Shown one piece after another: positions 48,546-58,627 of a stretch of DNA of 64,000 bases. Below the pieces are notes generated by a model. It was not told the DNA's origin. It saw nothing but the letters and a program-made list of their open reading frames with translations, and did no database searches. Numbering within the stretch: position 1 is the stretch's first letter; every line of letters starts with the position of its first letter. Source of the DNA: Tenacibaculum sp. (GTDB lineage Bacteria > Bacteroidota > Bacteroidia > Flavobacteriales > Flavobacteriaceae); assembly GCA_020631475.1 (NCBI GenBank), contig JAHDHE010000002.1:3803-67802 (forward strand). Reading direction: 5' to 3'. Both the position numbers and the translations under genes were made by a program.

Positions 48546-48564
48546 CCTTAAATTCCCTTCCATC

Positions 48565-49059
48565 ATGAAAAAATCAACATTAATAATAGCGATACTAATT
48601 AGTTCCATAACATTTTCTGCTGTAGCCCAAGATACAATTTGGTTTGATAAAAATTGGCAAGAAACTACCGAAGGAAATCATGAATATTACAGACCAAATC
48701 CTAAAAAAATAAAAGACGGTTTTTGGATTGTTGATTATTATAAAAGCGGACAAATTCAAATGGAAGGATATAGTACAATTAACAAACCTGACGAAGAAAT
48801 ATTTGACGGTTTAGTAATTTACTACCACGCTAACGGAAAACCTTTTCATAAAGCAAATTATAAAAACGGAAAACTAGATGGAGTTCGTAAAGTTTTTTAT
48901 GAGTCTGGCGAGTTAAAAGAACAGGGGAAATATGCTGATGGTAAACGAGAGGGTGTTTGGAAAACTTTTTATAAAAATGGCAAAATCGAAACTAAAGGTA
49001 AATACAGAGACAATGAAAAAGTTGGCGTTTGGAAAACTTTTTATAAAAACGTGTACTAG
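48565..49059 (+). CDS. Exported MORN-variant (YwqK-like) repeat protein
   Basis: Signal peptide from MKKST (48565); repeated YY.NG...G.Y.DGK..G.WK. Confidence 0.85.
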   Translation: MKKSTLIIAILISSITFSAVAQDTIWFDKNWQETTEGNHEYYRPNPKKIKDGFWIVDYYKSGQIQMEGYSTINKPDEEIFDGLVIYYHANGKPFHKANYKNGKLDGVRKVFYESGELKEQGKYADGKREGVWKTFYKNGKIETKGKYRDNEKVGVWKTFYKNVY

Positions 49060-49110
49060 CTTGTAAACTAACATATTTACCTGTACTTTTGTTAAGTAAT
49101 TAAAACATCT

Positions 49111-50037
49111 ATGAAAGGACCTTTATTTTACGCAAAAATTTTACTTTTTGGTGAATACGGAATAATTAAAGACTCTAAAGGGTTAGCTATTCCGTTTAAT
49201 TCATACAAAGGGGCGTTAAAATCTGCAAATAATTTATCTGGAGAAGCTCAAAAATCAAACGAAAGTTTAGCTAAGTTTTATAACTATTTAGCAAATTTAA
49301 ATTCAGATTTAGTTTCTTTTGATTTAATTTCTTTAAAAAAAGATATAGAAAACGGAATGTATTTCGATTCTTCTATCCCACAAGGGTACGGAGTTGGAAG
49401 TTCTGGAGCGCTTGTGGCTTCAATTTACGATCAATATGCAAACGATAAAATTACTGTTTTAGAAAACTTAACGCGCGATAAACTGTTAACACTAAAACAA
49501 ACTTTTTCTTTAATGGAATCTTTTTTTCATGGAAAAAGCTCTGGATTAGACCCTTTAAATTCATATTTAAGTTTACCTATTTTAATCAACTCAAAAGAAA
49601 ATATTGAACCTGCTGGAATTCCATCTCAAAAAGAAGGAAAAGGTGCAGTATTCTTATTAGACTCTGAGCAGATTGGGGAAACAGAACCAATGGTGAACAT
49701 TTTTATGAATAAGATGAAAAATGAAGGTTTTCGTAAAATGATTAGTGAAGAATTCTCACTACATACTGATGCTTGTATCGAAGATTTCTTAAAAGGAAAT
49801 GTTAGCTCATTATTTGGCAATGTTAAAAAATTATCTAAGGTCGTTTTAGCCAACTTTAAACCAATGATTCCTTCTGCTTTTCATAAAGTTTGGGAAAAAG
49901 GAATTCAAACTAACGATTACTATTTAAAACTTTGCGGTTCTGGTGGTGGTGGTTACATTTTAGGTTTTACTGAAGATTATCAAAAAGCAAAAAACACTTT
50001 AAAAGATTATAAATTAGAGTTGGTGTATCGTTTTTAA
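49111..50037 (+). CDS. mvk: Mevalonate kinase
   Basis: KILLFGEY, PQGYGVGSSGA, HGKSSGLDP, KLCGSGGGG. Confidence 0.9.
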   Translation: MKGPLFYAKILLFGEYGIIKDSKGLAIPFNSYKGALKSANNLSGEAQKSNESLAKFYNYLANLNSDLVSFDLISLKKDIENGMYFDSSIPQGYGVGSSGALVASIYDQYANDKITVLENLTRDKLLTLKQTFSLMESFFHGKSSGLDPLNSYLSLPILINSKENIEPAGIPSQKEGKGAVFLLDSEQIGETEPMVNIFMNKMKNEGFRKMISEEFSLHTDACIEDFLKGNVSSLFGNVKKLSKVVLANFKPMIPSAFHKVWEKGIQTNDYYLKLCGSGGGGYILGFTEDYQKAKNTLKDYKLELVYRF

Positions 50038-50049
50038 ATTACTTTCTAA

Positions 50050-50967
50050 ATGAGTACATTTAAAGTAAATACATTAGTCAAAAAAATTTTCAGTCTTCTA
50101 TCAGTTGTTAGAGGATATAATATTTTAGTATTAATAGCAGCCCAATATTTGGCTGCTATTTTTATTTTCTCAGAGCATAAATCTGTTAAACCAGTGCTTT
50201 TCGATTGGCATTTATTATATTTAGTAATAGCCACTGTATCGGTAGTTGCAGCTGGGTATATTATTAATAATTTTTACGATAAAAATGCCGATAAAATAAA
50301 TCGTCCAATAAAAACCGGATTAGATTCTTATGTAAAGCAAGAAACCAAATTATCATTATATTTTTTCTTAAATTTTGTAGGTTTTGGTTTTGGGTGGTTG
50401 GTATCATGGCGAGCTGCGTTCTTTTTTGCTTTTTATATTTTCGCAATTTGGTTTTACTCACATAAGCTAAAAAAATATCCTTTTGTTGGTTTAATAAGCG
50501 TTACAACACTAACCATTTTACCTTTTTTTGTAATTTTTGTTCATTATAAAAATTTCTCGAAAGTTATTTTTGTACACGCCATTTTTCTTTTTTTGGTTAT
50601 CATGATTCGTGAATTAATTAAGGATTTAGAAAACATAAAAGGGGCTATTGCAAATAACTACAATACATTTCCTGTAAAATATGGAGAAAAAAACACAAAA
50701 AAAACAATAATTCTTTTAATGACATTAACACTTGTACCTATTGGAATATTATTTAATTATCCGGCAATAGAATACATGAAATATTATTTTTACTTAGCTG
50801 CAATTACTTTAATTATTATTGGTTATTATACATGGAAAGCATCAAAAATAAATCAATATAGGTTAGCACATAATCTTTTAAAAATATTATTATTAATAGG
50901 TGTTTTTAGTTTATTATTTATTGATAAATCTTTAATTTTAGACAAAGTAGTTGAGGTTTTAGATTAA
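50050..50967 (+). CDS. UbiA-superfamily prenyltransferase (DGGGP-synthase-like)
   Basis: GYIINNFYD...D.INRP and RELIKDLEN..G motifs; multi-TM. Confidence 0.85.
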   Translation: MSTFKVNTLVKKIFSLLSVVRGYNILVLIAAQYLAAIFIFSEHKSVKPVLFDWHLLYLVIATVSVVAAGYIINNFYDKNADKINRPIKTGLDSYVKQETKLSLYFFLNFVGFGFGWLVSWRAAFFFAFYIFAIWFYSHKLKKYPFVGLISVTTLTILPFFVIFVHYKNFSKVIFVHAIFLFLVIMIRELIKDLENIKGAIANNYNTFPVKYGEKNTKKTIILLMTLTLVPIGILFNYPAIEYMKYYFYLAAITLIIIGYYTWKASKINQYRLAHNLLKILLLIGVFSLLFIDKSLILDKVVEVLD

Positions 50968-51013
50968 AAATCAAATAATTGACTTACATTTGCCCACTTT
51001 TTAAAATTTAAAC

Positions 51014-51934
51014 ATGAATTCAAAAAACTCGTCGAGAGGACGACAAGCTGGAAAGAACAGCAATCCTCAAGAAAAAAAATCATTTAGAACTGATAAATCT
51101 GATAGAAATAGTAATTCTTCTAGCAAAAAAAGATTTGCAACTAGCTCTTCTGATAATAAAAAACAATTTAAAAGAGATTTTAAAAAATATCAACCAAATA
51201 AATCAGTTCAAAAAACAACTGAAAGTACTGGTATTCGTTTAAACAAATACATTTCAAATTCTGGAATTTGCTCTCGTAGAGAAGCAGATACTTATATAGA
51301 GCACGGTAGTGTTACTGTTAACGGAGATTTAGTAACCGAAATGGGTTACAAAGTTCAACCTGATGATGAAGTTCGTTTTGATGGAACTTTAATTTCTATT
51401 GAAAAAAAGCGTTATATCATCCTAAATAAACCAAAAAACTATATTACTACCATGGAAGATGATCGTGGTCGTAAAACAGTAATGGAAATTATTGCTGGAG
51501 CTACTAAAGAACGTATTTACCCTGTTGGAAGATTAGATAGAAACACCACTGGATTATTGTTATTTACCAACGATGGTGAGATGGCTAAAAAACTAACCCA
51601 TCCTAAACATAATGTTCGTAAATTATATCATGCTTCTTTAGATAAAAAACTAACGTTATCTGATTTAGATAAATTACGTGGTGATGTAATTATTGAAGGT
51701 AAAAAAGTATTTATTGATGCTGTTTCTTATGTAGAAGGGGAAAGAAAAACAGAAGTTGGAATTGAAATTCACTCTGGTAGAAACCGTATTGTACGTAAGA
51801 TTTTTGAAAATTACGGATATACCGTTAAGAAATTAGACCGTGTAGTTTTTGCAGGTATGACTAAGAAAAATTTACCAAGAGGTAGATGGAGAGAGTTAAC
51901 AAGTCAAGAAGTAAATAACTTACAAATGATATAA
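51014..51934 (+). CDS. RsuA/RluB-family pseudouridine synthase
   Basis: S4 domain RLNKYI..SG.CSRREAD; GRLDRNTTGLLLFTNDG. Confidence 0.93.
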   Translation: MNSKNSSRGRQAGKNSNPQEKKSFRTDKSDRNSNSSSKKRFATSSSDNKKQFKRDFKKYQPNKSVQKTTESTGIRLNKYISNSGICSRREADTYIEHGSVTVNGDLVTEMGYKVQPDDEVRFDGTLISIEKKRYIILNKPKNYITTMEDDRGRKTVMEIIAGATKERIYPVGRLDRNTTGLLLFTNDGEMAKKLTHPKHNVRKLYHASLDKKLTLSDLDKLRGDVIIEGKKVFIDAVSYVEGERKTEVGIEIHSGRNRIVRKIFENYGYTVKKLDRVVFAGMTKKNLPRGRWRELTSQEVNNLQMI

Positions 51935-51966
51935 AAAAAATCCCGAGTTTAAAACTCGGGATTTTT
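51933..51966. terminator. Bidirectional intrinsic terminator
   Basis: AAAAATCCCGAGTTT-A-AAACTCGGGATTTTT between convergent genes. Confidence 0.85.
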
Positions 51967-51968
51967 AT

Positions 51969-52340
51969 TTATTGCTTTTCTTTCTTATGGTCGTTTTGCA
52001 CTTCCTCATCTCTATATTTACAACAACCATGTAAATTGTCATAAACTTCTTTTGGTGCTTTAAAAACATCTGTATCATGACCTACATTTGCTACACTCTG
52101 CTTAACCGTAGCTACATCAGTTTTACGTTCATCAATAATTAAATTTAATTGATGTGTTTTTACATTCCACAATGCATACTTTACTCCTTTTGAGTTTAAT
52201 GCTGCCTTTTCTATTCTACTTTTACACATCATACAAACACCATCTACATCAAAAGAAACTTTTGCGTTCTTCTTCTTTTTTTGTGCAGAGACTGATACTC
52301 CTAAAAATAAAACTGCTATTAATAATACTATTTTTTTCAT
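51969..52340 (-). CDS. Exported heavy-metal-associated (HMA) domain protein
   Basis: GVCMMCKSRIE; LHGCCKY. Confidence 0.9.
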   Translation of the reverse strand: MKKIVLLIAVLFLGVSVSAQKKKKNAKVSFDVDGVCMMCKSRIEKAALNSKGVKYALWNVKTHQLNLIIDERKTDVATVKQSVANVGHDTDVFKAPKEVYDNLHGCCKYRDEEVQNDHKKEKQ

Positions 52341-52341
52341 T

Positions 52342-54597
52342 TTAATCTATTTTAAATCTTAATCCTGTATAAAAATTACTTCCAAAAATTGGCGCGTACA
52401 CAATAGTTGTATCAAAACTTGAGCCAAAAGGATCATCGCTTGCCAATATAGGATTTTTTTGTTTATAATTTGTAATATTCTCTGCTCCAGCATATATCTC
52501 GAATTTCTTAGAAAACACTTTTGTTATCTGAGCGTTTAATAAATTATAGCTGTTTGAGTACTCTGATAATTGATATTGAGCTGGATTTTGAGATGTATTT
52601 GGTAGTCGTTGCTTACCAATCCAATTATAGGTTACATCAAATTTCCAGTGTGCATCATTTTCTTGCTTATTTGTTTCATAAGAAACATTGGCGAAAAATC
52701 GATGTTTTGCTTGTAATGCTTTCGCTGCATTTCCTGATTTAAAATCTGTATTTACATCATAATATTTGTACGAAAATCGTGTGTTAAAAAATGGAATAAT
52801 ATTCTGATTCACTTCTACCTGAAAACTATTCGCTACACTTTTTCCATCTAAATTATAAAATGAAATCTCTTGCGGATTTTCCCAATCTACCACAACTTGG
52901 TTATCAAAATCTGTTCGGTAAAAATCAAAGGTAATATCTCCTTTTCTACCAAACAACTTATACCCTTGCAAAAAAGACACACCATAATTCCAAGCAACTT
53001 CAGGATCTAAACCATAAATTTTACCGTTTGCATTATCAATATTAATCTGCCTAGAAGATGCAAATAATTGTTGATTTTCTGCAAAAACATTAGCACTTCT
53101 TTTACCTCTACCAACCGAAGTTCTAAACACTCCTTTTTCCCAAGGAGAATATCTTACATGTAAACGAGGTGTTAAAAAGGTTCCTAATAAATTATGATTA
53201 TCTACCCTAATTCCTGCAGTAATACTTATATCATCAGAATTATCGTAAGCATATTCAAAAAATGTTCCTACAGATGTTTCGTTTCTATTATAATTATTTA
53301 TTTGAGGAGTAGTTTTTACCATTTCGTCATATTTGTCGTAAGTAAAACTTAAACCTGTTTTAAACTTATGACGCGTATCTCCAATAATTGAACTAAATAA
53401 AAAATTACTATAAAAACTTTGATGCTGAATATCATAATCTCTTAAACCAAAATATGAGTCTTGTTTATGATTGCTATAAGCAGCTTGTAAACCCATACTT
53501 TGAAAAGGTAAATCAGGAAAAACGTATCCTAATTTTGCCGAAGTTTCAAACCTTTTACTCTTGATTTCACTACCCCAAATTGAAGATGAACCTTTATCTG
53601 TTTTAGGATTGAAATTAATTTGCCCTACTTGTTTATCGTCGTTTAAATATCTAAAATTAACAAAACCTATCCATCCCTTTTCGGCATCGGTATATTGCCA
53701 ACGGTTCATTATATTAATTTGTTTTGCTAACGGGTTATCTAAAAAACTATCGTTGTTTTTATCAAACTTTTCTCCTCTATGGTTAGTGTGCACATAAATT
53801 CCTGTTTGCCATTTATCACTCACTTTTTGATTAAAATGTGTGTTTAGCTCCAACCTTCCTCCTAACGCTCCATAAGTATTTAAAAAGAATTTATCATCTC
53901 TCGATGGCTTTACTAACTCAGCATTAATTTGTCCTGAAACACTCTCAAACCCATTAATAACACTTCCTGCTCCTTTTGTAATCTGTATACTTTCTACCCA
54001 TGTTCCTGGTGTAAATGTTAATCCGAATGCTTGCGCTGCTCCTCTAATTGACGGAATATTCTCTTGAGTAATTAATAAATATGGACTTGTTAAACCTAAC
54101 ATCTGAATTTGCTTTGTTCCTGTTAAAGCGTCAGAAAAATTAACATCAATCGATGGGTTTGTTTCAAAGCTTTCAGATAAATTACAACAAGCAGCTTTTA
54201 ATAATTCTTCACTATTAATAGTTACTAAATTCTGTGCTTGCAAGTATGATCTTTGCGTTGCGCTCTTTTTAGCGTTTATCGAAACTTCTTTTAATGTATT
54301 ACTTTCGGTAATAAAATGATGAATCGGTTTTAAATCATTAATTGTTAACGTATCTGTTTTATATCCTACAAAACTAACAACTAGTTTTTTATATGTTGAT
54401 TTATAAGGTATCGTAAACCAACCTTTCTCGTTAGTTGTTACGCCTAAATTTGTGTTTAACCAATAAACACTTGCTCCGTAAACGCCTAAATTATCTTTAG
54501 GGTTATTTTTATCCATAATCATTCCTTTAAAAGTTTCTTGCGAAAATGATGCAGATGCTATTAGTATAAAAATACCGACCAATAAATTATTTTTCAT
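52342..54597 (-). CDS. TonB-dependent receptor (likely metal uptake)
   Basis: KAACCNLSESFETN plug, ESIQITKG, C-terminal GLRFKI; flanked by HMA and HYC_CC_PP genes. Confidence 0.9.
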   Translation of the reverse strand: MKNNLLVGIFILIASASFSQETFKGMIMDKNNPKDNLGVYGASVYWLNTNLGVTTNEKGWFTIPYKSTYKKLVVSFVGYKTDTLTINDLKPIHHFITESNTLKEVSINAKKSATQRSYLQAQNLVTINSEELLKAACCNLSESFETNPSIDVNFSDALTGTKQIQMLGLTSPYLLITQENIPSIRGAAQAFGLTFTPGTWVESIQITKGAGSVINGFESVSGQINAELVKPSRDDKFFLNTYGALGGRLELNTHFNQKVSDKWQTGIYVHTNHRGEKFDKNNDSFLDNPLAKQINIMNRWQYTDAEKGWIGFVNFRYLNDDKQVGQINFNPKTDKGSSSIWGSEIKSKRFETSAKLGYVFPDLPFQSMGLQAAYSNHKQDSYFGLRDYDIQHQSFYSNFLFSSIIGDTRHKFKTGLSFTYDKYDEMVKTTPQINNYNRNETSVGTFFEYAYDNSDDISITAGIRVDNHNLLGTFLTPRLHVRYSPWEKGVFRTSVGRGKRSANVFAENQQLFASSRQINIDNANGKIYGLDPEVAWNYGVSFLQGYKLFGRKGDITFDFYRTDFDNQVVVDWENPQEISFYNLDGKSVANSFQVEVNQNIIPFFNTRFSYKYYDVNTDFKSGNAAKALQAKHRFFANVSYETNKQENDAHWKFDVTYNWIGKQRLPNTSQNPAQYQLSEYSNSYNLLNAQITKVFSKKFEIYAGAENITNYKQKNPILASDDPFGSSFDTTIVYAPIFGSNFYTGLRFKID

Positions 54598-54653
54598 TTT
54601 TATATATCATATTAAATTTTACAATTCTTAAATTTTAAATAAGAACTCTAAAA

Positions 54654-55067
54654 TCATATGATAAAAACTTCGTGAAGCACCTGAATATCTTTTACTAAAT
54701 CAGGTGGAGAATAATATTCATGTGATGTTACTTGCTTTTCAAAACCTTGAAAAACTGATTGATAAGCATTATAAAATGCTAAAACTATTTTTAGTTTATC
54801 AAAACTAACATCATCTAAAGAATGTTTTTGAAATTCATCTTGACCATCAATTTGATGAACTTCATCTTTACAACATTTTTTCTTCTTTGTAACAGTAGCA
54901 CATTTATCTACACCACCATCACTATTACAGGTATCAGCTTTACCTAAATAAGAAACATCAACTAAATAATCACCACAATAATGCTTTTCTACCGTAAAAG
55001 AAAAGGTAGAAAACAGCACTAAAAATGCTAATACTGATGATACTATTTTAGTTATTATTTGTTTCAT
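54654..55067 (-). CDS. HYC_CC_PP-family protein
   Basis: HYC, CC and PP motifs; start set at ATG 55067 because the -7 box TAACTTTG lies at 55074-55081. Confidence 0.85.
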   Translation of the reverse strand: MKQIITKIVSSVLAFLVLFSTFSFTVEKHYCGDYLVDVSYLGKADTCNSDGGVDKCATVTKKKKCCKDEVHQIDGQDEFQKHSLDDVSFDKLKIVLAFYNAYQSVFQGFEKQVTSHEYYSPPDLVKDIQVLHEVFII

Positions 55068-55175
55068 TGACTGCAAAGTTACGAAAAATCAAAAATCTAT
55101 TTTTTAAAACAATTGTTAAATCTATTTTTGTAAGTTATAAACCTTAATTACGAACTAGGTATTAAACTTTTAAAA

Positions 55176-55628
55176 ATGAACTTACAAGCATTAAAAAATA
55201 ACATAGATAACATCTCAGAAAATAATTCTACCAAAGAAGAAAAATTGCAACAAATATGTGATTATTTAGCTTCTGAAATTTCGTACTACGATTGGGTAGG
55301 TTTTTACTTTAAAAATGGAGATAAAAACGAATTAAAATTAGCGCAGTTTAATGGAGAACCAACCGACCATACAATTATACCTTTTGGAAAAGGAATTTGC
55401 GGACAAGTAGCTGTTAGTAATAAAAATTTTGTTGTGCAAGATGTTAGTGAGCAAGACAACTATATTTCTTGTGGATGGAAAGTAAAATCTGAGATTGTAA
55501 TTCCAATTTTTGTTAGCAATGAAAACATTGGTCAAATAGACATTGATTCTCATACCGTTAACCCATTTACAGCAGATGATGAAGCTTTATTAGAGTATAC
55601 TTGTAAAAAAGTAGCAAATTTTATATAA
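55176..55628 (+). CDS. GAF-domain protein (free Met-R-sulfoxide reductase-like)
   Basis: WVGFY, I.FGKGICG, YISC, SEIVIP, IDIDS. Confidence 0.85.
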   Translation: MNLQALKNNIDNISENNSTKEEKLQQICDYLASEISYYDWVGFYFKNGDKNELKLAQFNGEPTDHTIIPFGKGICGQVAVSNKNFVVQDVSEQDNYISCGWKVKSEIVIPIFVSNENIGQIDIDSHTVNPFTADDEALLEYTCKKVANFI

Positions 55629-55711
55629 TTTTTACGTAATCGTTTGATTGTTAGGAATATTTTTCTTTAATTTGGGTAATATTTACTAACACTGCTTAAT
55701 TCCCCTTTATT

Positions 55712-55837
55712 ATGAGCAACAAAGAATACCCAACTTACGCTGCATTAGGCAACGCCAATGCTCGTAATACCACTCAACAATCTTTTTACGAAAAATTTAC
55801 AATGTGGTTTCGTGATTTCTTAGAAAATGCTGAATAA
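55712..55837 (+). CDS. Small hypothetical protein (41 aa), absent from the ORF track
   Basis: MSNKEYPTYAALGNANARNTTQQSFYEKFTMWFRDFLENAE; followed by its own terminator. Confidence 0.6.
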   Translation: MSNKEYPTYAALGNANARNTTQQSFYEKFTMWFRDFLENAE

Positions 55838-55857
55838 CATTTTCTATTTTATCGTAC

Positions 55858-55897
55858 AAAACACCACCAAAAACCTAGTAGTTTTGGTGGTGTTTTT
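55858..55897 (+). terminator. Intrinsic terminator
   Basis: AAAACACCACCAAAA...TTTTGGTGGTGTTTT. Confidence 0.8.
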
Positions 55898-55946
55898 ATT
55901 TAATAATAAACCAAAACAATTTATTGTATAACCTTTACTGTTTTAG

Positions 55947-55976
55947 TAGTTTTGCTAGCTTAACAACACAACAACA
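55947..55976 (+). promoter_or_regulatory. purH -7 box and short leader carrying TAACAACACAAC
   Basis: TAGTTTTG at 55947-55954; 12-mer at 55961-55972 shared with 5921-5932 and 27135-27146. Confidence 0.6.
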
Positions 55977-57503
55977 ATGAACACTACAAAAACTATTAAA
56001 TCGGCACTAATTTCTGTCTTTCATAAAGATGGTTTAGAACCAATTGTAAGAAAATTAAATGACCTTGGAGTTACTATTTATTCTACCGGAGGAACTGAAA
56101 AATTTATTAAAAACCTAGGTATTGATGTTGTACCTGTTGAAGATGTTACTTCATACCCATCAATATTAGGTGGACGTGTAAAAACATTGCATCCAAAGGT
56201 TTTCGGAGGAATTTTAAACAGACAAGATCATGATGGTGATATTGCCGAAATGCAAGAATACAACATTCCTCAACTAGATGTTGTTATTGTAGATTTATAT
56301 CCTTTTGAAAAAACAGTAGCTTCAAATGCACCAGAACAAGATATTATTGAAAAAATTGATATCGGAGGAATTTCTTTAATTCGTGCTGCTGCTAAAAACT
56401 TTAAAGACACCGTTATTGTTTCTTCTATGGATCAATACGAAGCCTTTTTAAATTTAATTTCTGAAAACAACGGAAATACAACTATTTCTGATAGAAAAAA
56501 GTTTGCTGCTAAAGCTTTTAATATTTCTTCTCATTACGATACAGCTATTTTTAATTATTTTAATGAAGATGAAGTAGCTTATAAAGCGAGTAAAACAACT
56601 TCTAAAACTTTACGTTACGGAGAAAACCCACATCAAAAGGGGTATTTCTTTGGCGATTTAGATGCCATGTTTGATCAATTACATGGTAAAGAATTAAGTT
56701 ATAATAATTTATTAGATGTAGATGCTGCTGTAAACTTAATGAATGAGTTTAAAGGTGAAGATCCAACATTTGCTATTTTAAAACACAACAATGCTTGTGG
56801 TTTTGCACAAAGAAAAACAATTTATCAAGCTTATGTCGATGCTTTAGCTGGTGACCCAGTTTCAGCTTTTGGTGGAATTTTAATTTCAAACTCAAAAATA
56901 GATAAAGCTACTGCTGAAGAAATTCATAAATTATTTTGTGAAGTAGTTATCGCTCCTTCTTATGATAATGATGCTTTAGAGGTTTTAAAAGGCAAGAAAA
57001 ACAGAGTTTTATTAATTCAAAAAGAAGTTGAATTACCTAAGCAAACAGTTCGTACAGCATTAAACGGAGTGTTAATTCAAGATAAAGATTATATTACTGA
57101 TAAGTTAGAAGATCTTTCTTATCCCACAAACAAAAAACCTAGTAATAGTGAGTTAGATGATTTATTATTTGCTTCTAAATTGTGTAAAAACACAAAGTCT
57201 AACACTATTATTTTAGTAAAAAATAAGCAATTGTTAGCTGGTGGAACTGGACAAACAAGTAGAGTTGATGCTTTAAAACAAGCGATCGACAAAGCAAATA
57301 GTTTTAATTTTGATTTAAACGGAGCTGTAATGGCGAGTGATGCATTTTTTCCATTTCCAGATTGTGTAGAAATTGCAAATAATGCTGGAGTAAAAAGTGT
57401 AATTCAACCAGGTGGCTCTATCAAAGATCAATTAAGTATTGATTATTGTAATAACAATGAAGTTTCAATGGTTTTTACAGGAACAAGACATTTTAAACAT
57501 TAA
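55977..57503 (+). CDS. purH: Bifunctional AICAR transformylase/IMP cyclohydrolase
   Basis: GGRVKTLHP, IDIGG, LRYGENPHQ, ASDAFFPF, QPGGS, RHFKH. Confidence 0.97.
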   Translation: MNTTKTIKSALISVFHKDGLEPIVRKLNDLGVTIYSTGGTEKFIKNLGIDVVPVEDVTSYPSILGGRVKTLHPKVFGGILNRQDHDGDIAEMQEYNIPQLDVVIVDLYPFEKTVASNAPEQDIIEKIDIGGISLIRAAAKNFKDTVIVSSMDQYEAFLNLISENNGNTTISDRKKFAAKAFNISSHYDTAIFNYFNEDEVAYKASKTTSKTLRYGENPHQKGYFFGDLDAMFDQLHGKELSYNNLLDVDAAVNLMNEFKGEDPTFAILKHNNACGFAQRKTIYQAYVDALAGDPVSAFGGILISNSKIDKATAEEIHKLFCEVVIAPSYDNDALEVLKGKKNRVLLIQKEVELPKQTVRTALNGVLIQDKDYITDKLEDLSYPTNKKPSNSELDDLLFASKLCKNTKSNTIILVKNKQLLAGGTGQTSRVDALKQAIDKANSFNFDLNGAVMASDAFFPFPDCVEIANNAGVKSVIQPGGSIKDQLSIDYCNNNEVSMVFTGTRHFKH

Positions 57504-57582
57504 TAATTTTAGTTACAAAACATTACATATTTTTAGTTAGATTTGTAATATTCCACTTAAATTAAAGAAATAACAATATCAT

Positions 57583-58611
57583 ATGGGTTTTTTCGACTTT
57601 ATGACTGAAGACATTGCGGTTGATTTAGGAACTGCAAACACGTTAATTATACACAACGGAAAAGTTGTTATTGACAACCCCTCGATCGTTGCTCGTAATA
57701 GATTGACTGGTAAAATTATTGCCACAGGTCATGAAGCCAACAGAATGCAAGGAAAAACTCATGAAAACATAAAAACTATCCGTCCGTTAAAAGATGGAGT
57801 TATTGCAGATTTTCAAGCTTCTGAAGAAATGATTAAGGAATTTGTAAAACAAATTCCTGCCATAAAGAAAAAACTTTTTCCACCATCATTACGAATGGTA
57901 ATTTGTATTCCTTCTGGAATTACTGAGGTTGAAAAACGTGCTGTTATTGATTCAGGTCGTCATATGAACGCCAAAGAAATCTATTTAATTTACGAACCAA
58001 TGGCTGCAGCTATTGGTGTAGGTGTTGATATTATGGAGCCAAAAGGAAACATGATAATTGATATAGGTGGTGGTACAACAGAAATTGCAGTTATTGCTCT
58101 TGCTGGTATTGTATGTGATCAGTCTGTAAAAGTTGCAGGTGATTTATTTACTAGTGACATTATGTACTACATGCGTACCCAACACAATTTACATGTTGGA
58201 GAAACTACTGCTGAAAAAATCAAGATAAAAATTGGTTCAGCTACTGAAGATTTAGACAGTCCACCAGACGACATGATGGTACAAGGACGTGATCTTTTAA
58301 GTGGAAAGCCAAAACAAGTACAAGTTTCTTATCGTGAAATTGCAAAAGCTTTAGATAAATCTATTTTGCGTATCGAAGATGCAGTAATGGAAACCTTATC
58401 TAAAACTCCACCAGAATTAGCTGCTGACATCTACAATACAGGTATTTATTTAGCTGGGGGCGGTTCTATGCTAAGAGGTTTAGATAAACGTTTATCTAGA
58501 AAAACAGATTTACCTGTTTACGTTGCCGAAGACCCACTACGTGCTGTAGTTCGCGGAACTGGTATTGCATTAAAAAATCTTGAAAAATACAAATCTGTAT
58601 TAATCAAATAA
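57583..58611 (+). CDS. mreB: Rod shape-determining protein MreB
   Basis: DLGTANT, RPLKDGVIAD, DIGGGTTE, LAGGG. Confidence 0.97.
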   Translation: MGFFDFMTEDIAVDLGTANTLIIHNGKVVIDNPSIVARNRLTGKIIATGHEANRMQGKTHENIKTIRPLKDGVIADFQASEEMIKEFVKQIPAIKKKLFPPSLRMVICIPSGITEVEKRAVIDSGRHMNAKEIYLIYEPMAAAIGVGVDIMEPKGNMIIDIGGGTTEIAVIALAGIVCDQSVKVAGDLFTSDIMYYMRTQHNLHVGETTAEKIKIKIGSATEDLDSPPDDMMVQGRDLLSGKPKQVQVSYREIAKALDKSILRIEDAVMETLSKTPPELAADIYNTGIYLAGGGSMLRGLDKRLSRKTDLPVYVAEDPLRAVVRGTGIALKNLEKYKSVLIK

Positions 58612-58627
58612 AATTGAATGATTATTT

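Noticed and set aside
48565-49059. YwqK-like protein as the antitoxin of a toxin-antitoxin pair
   Set aside because: It has a signal peptide, only generic MORN-variant repeats, and no adjacent toxin.
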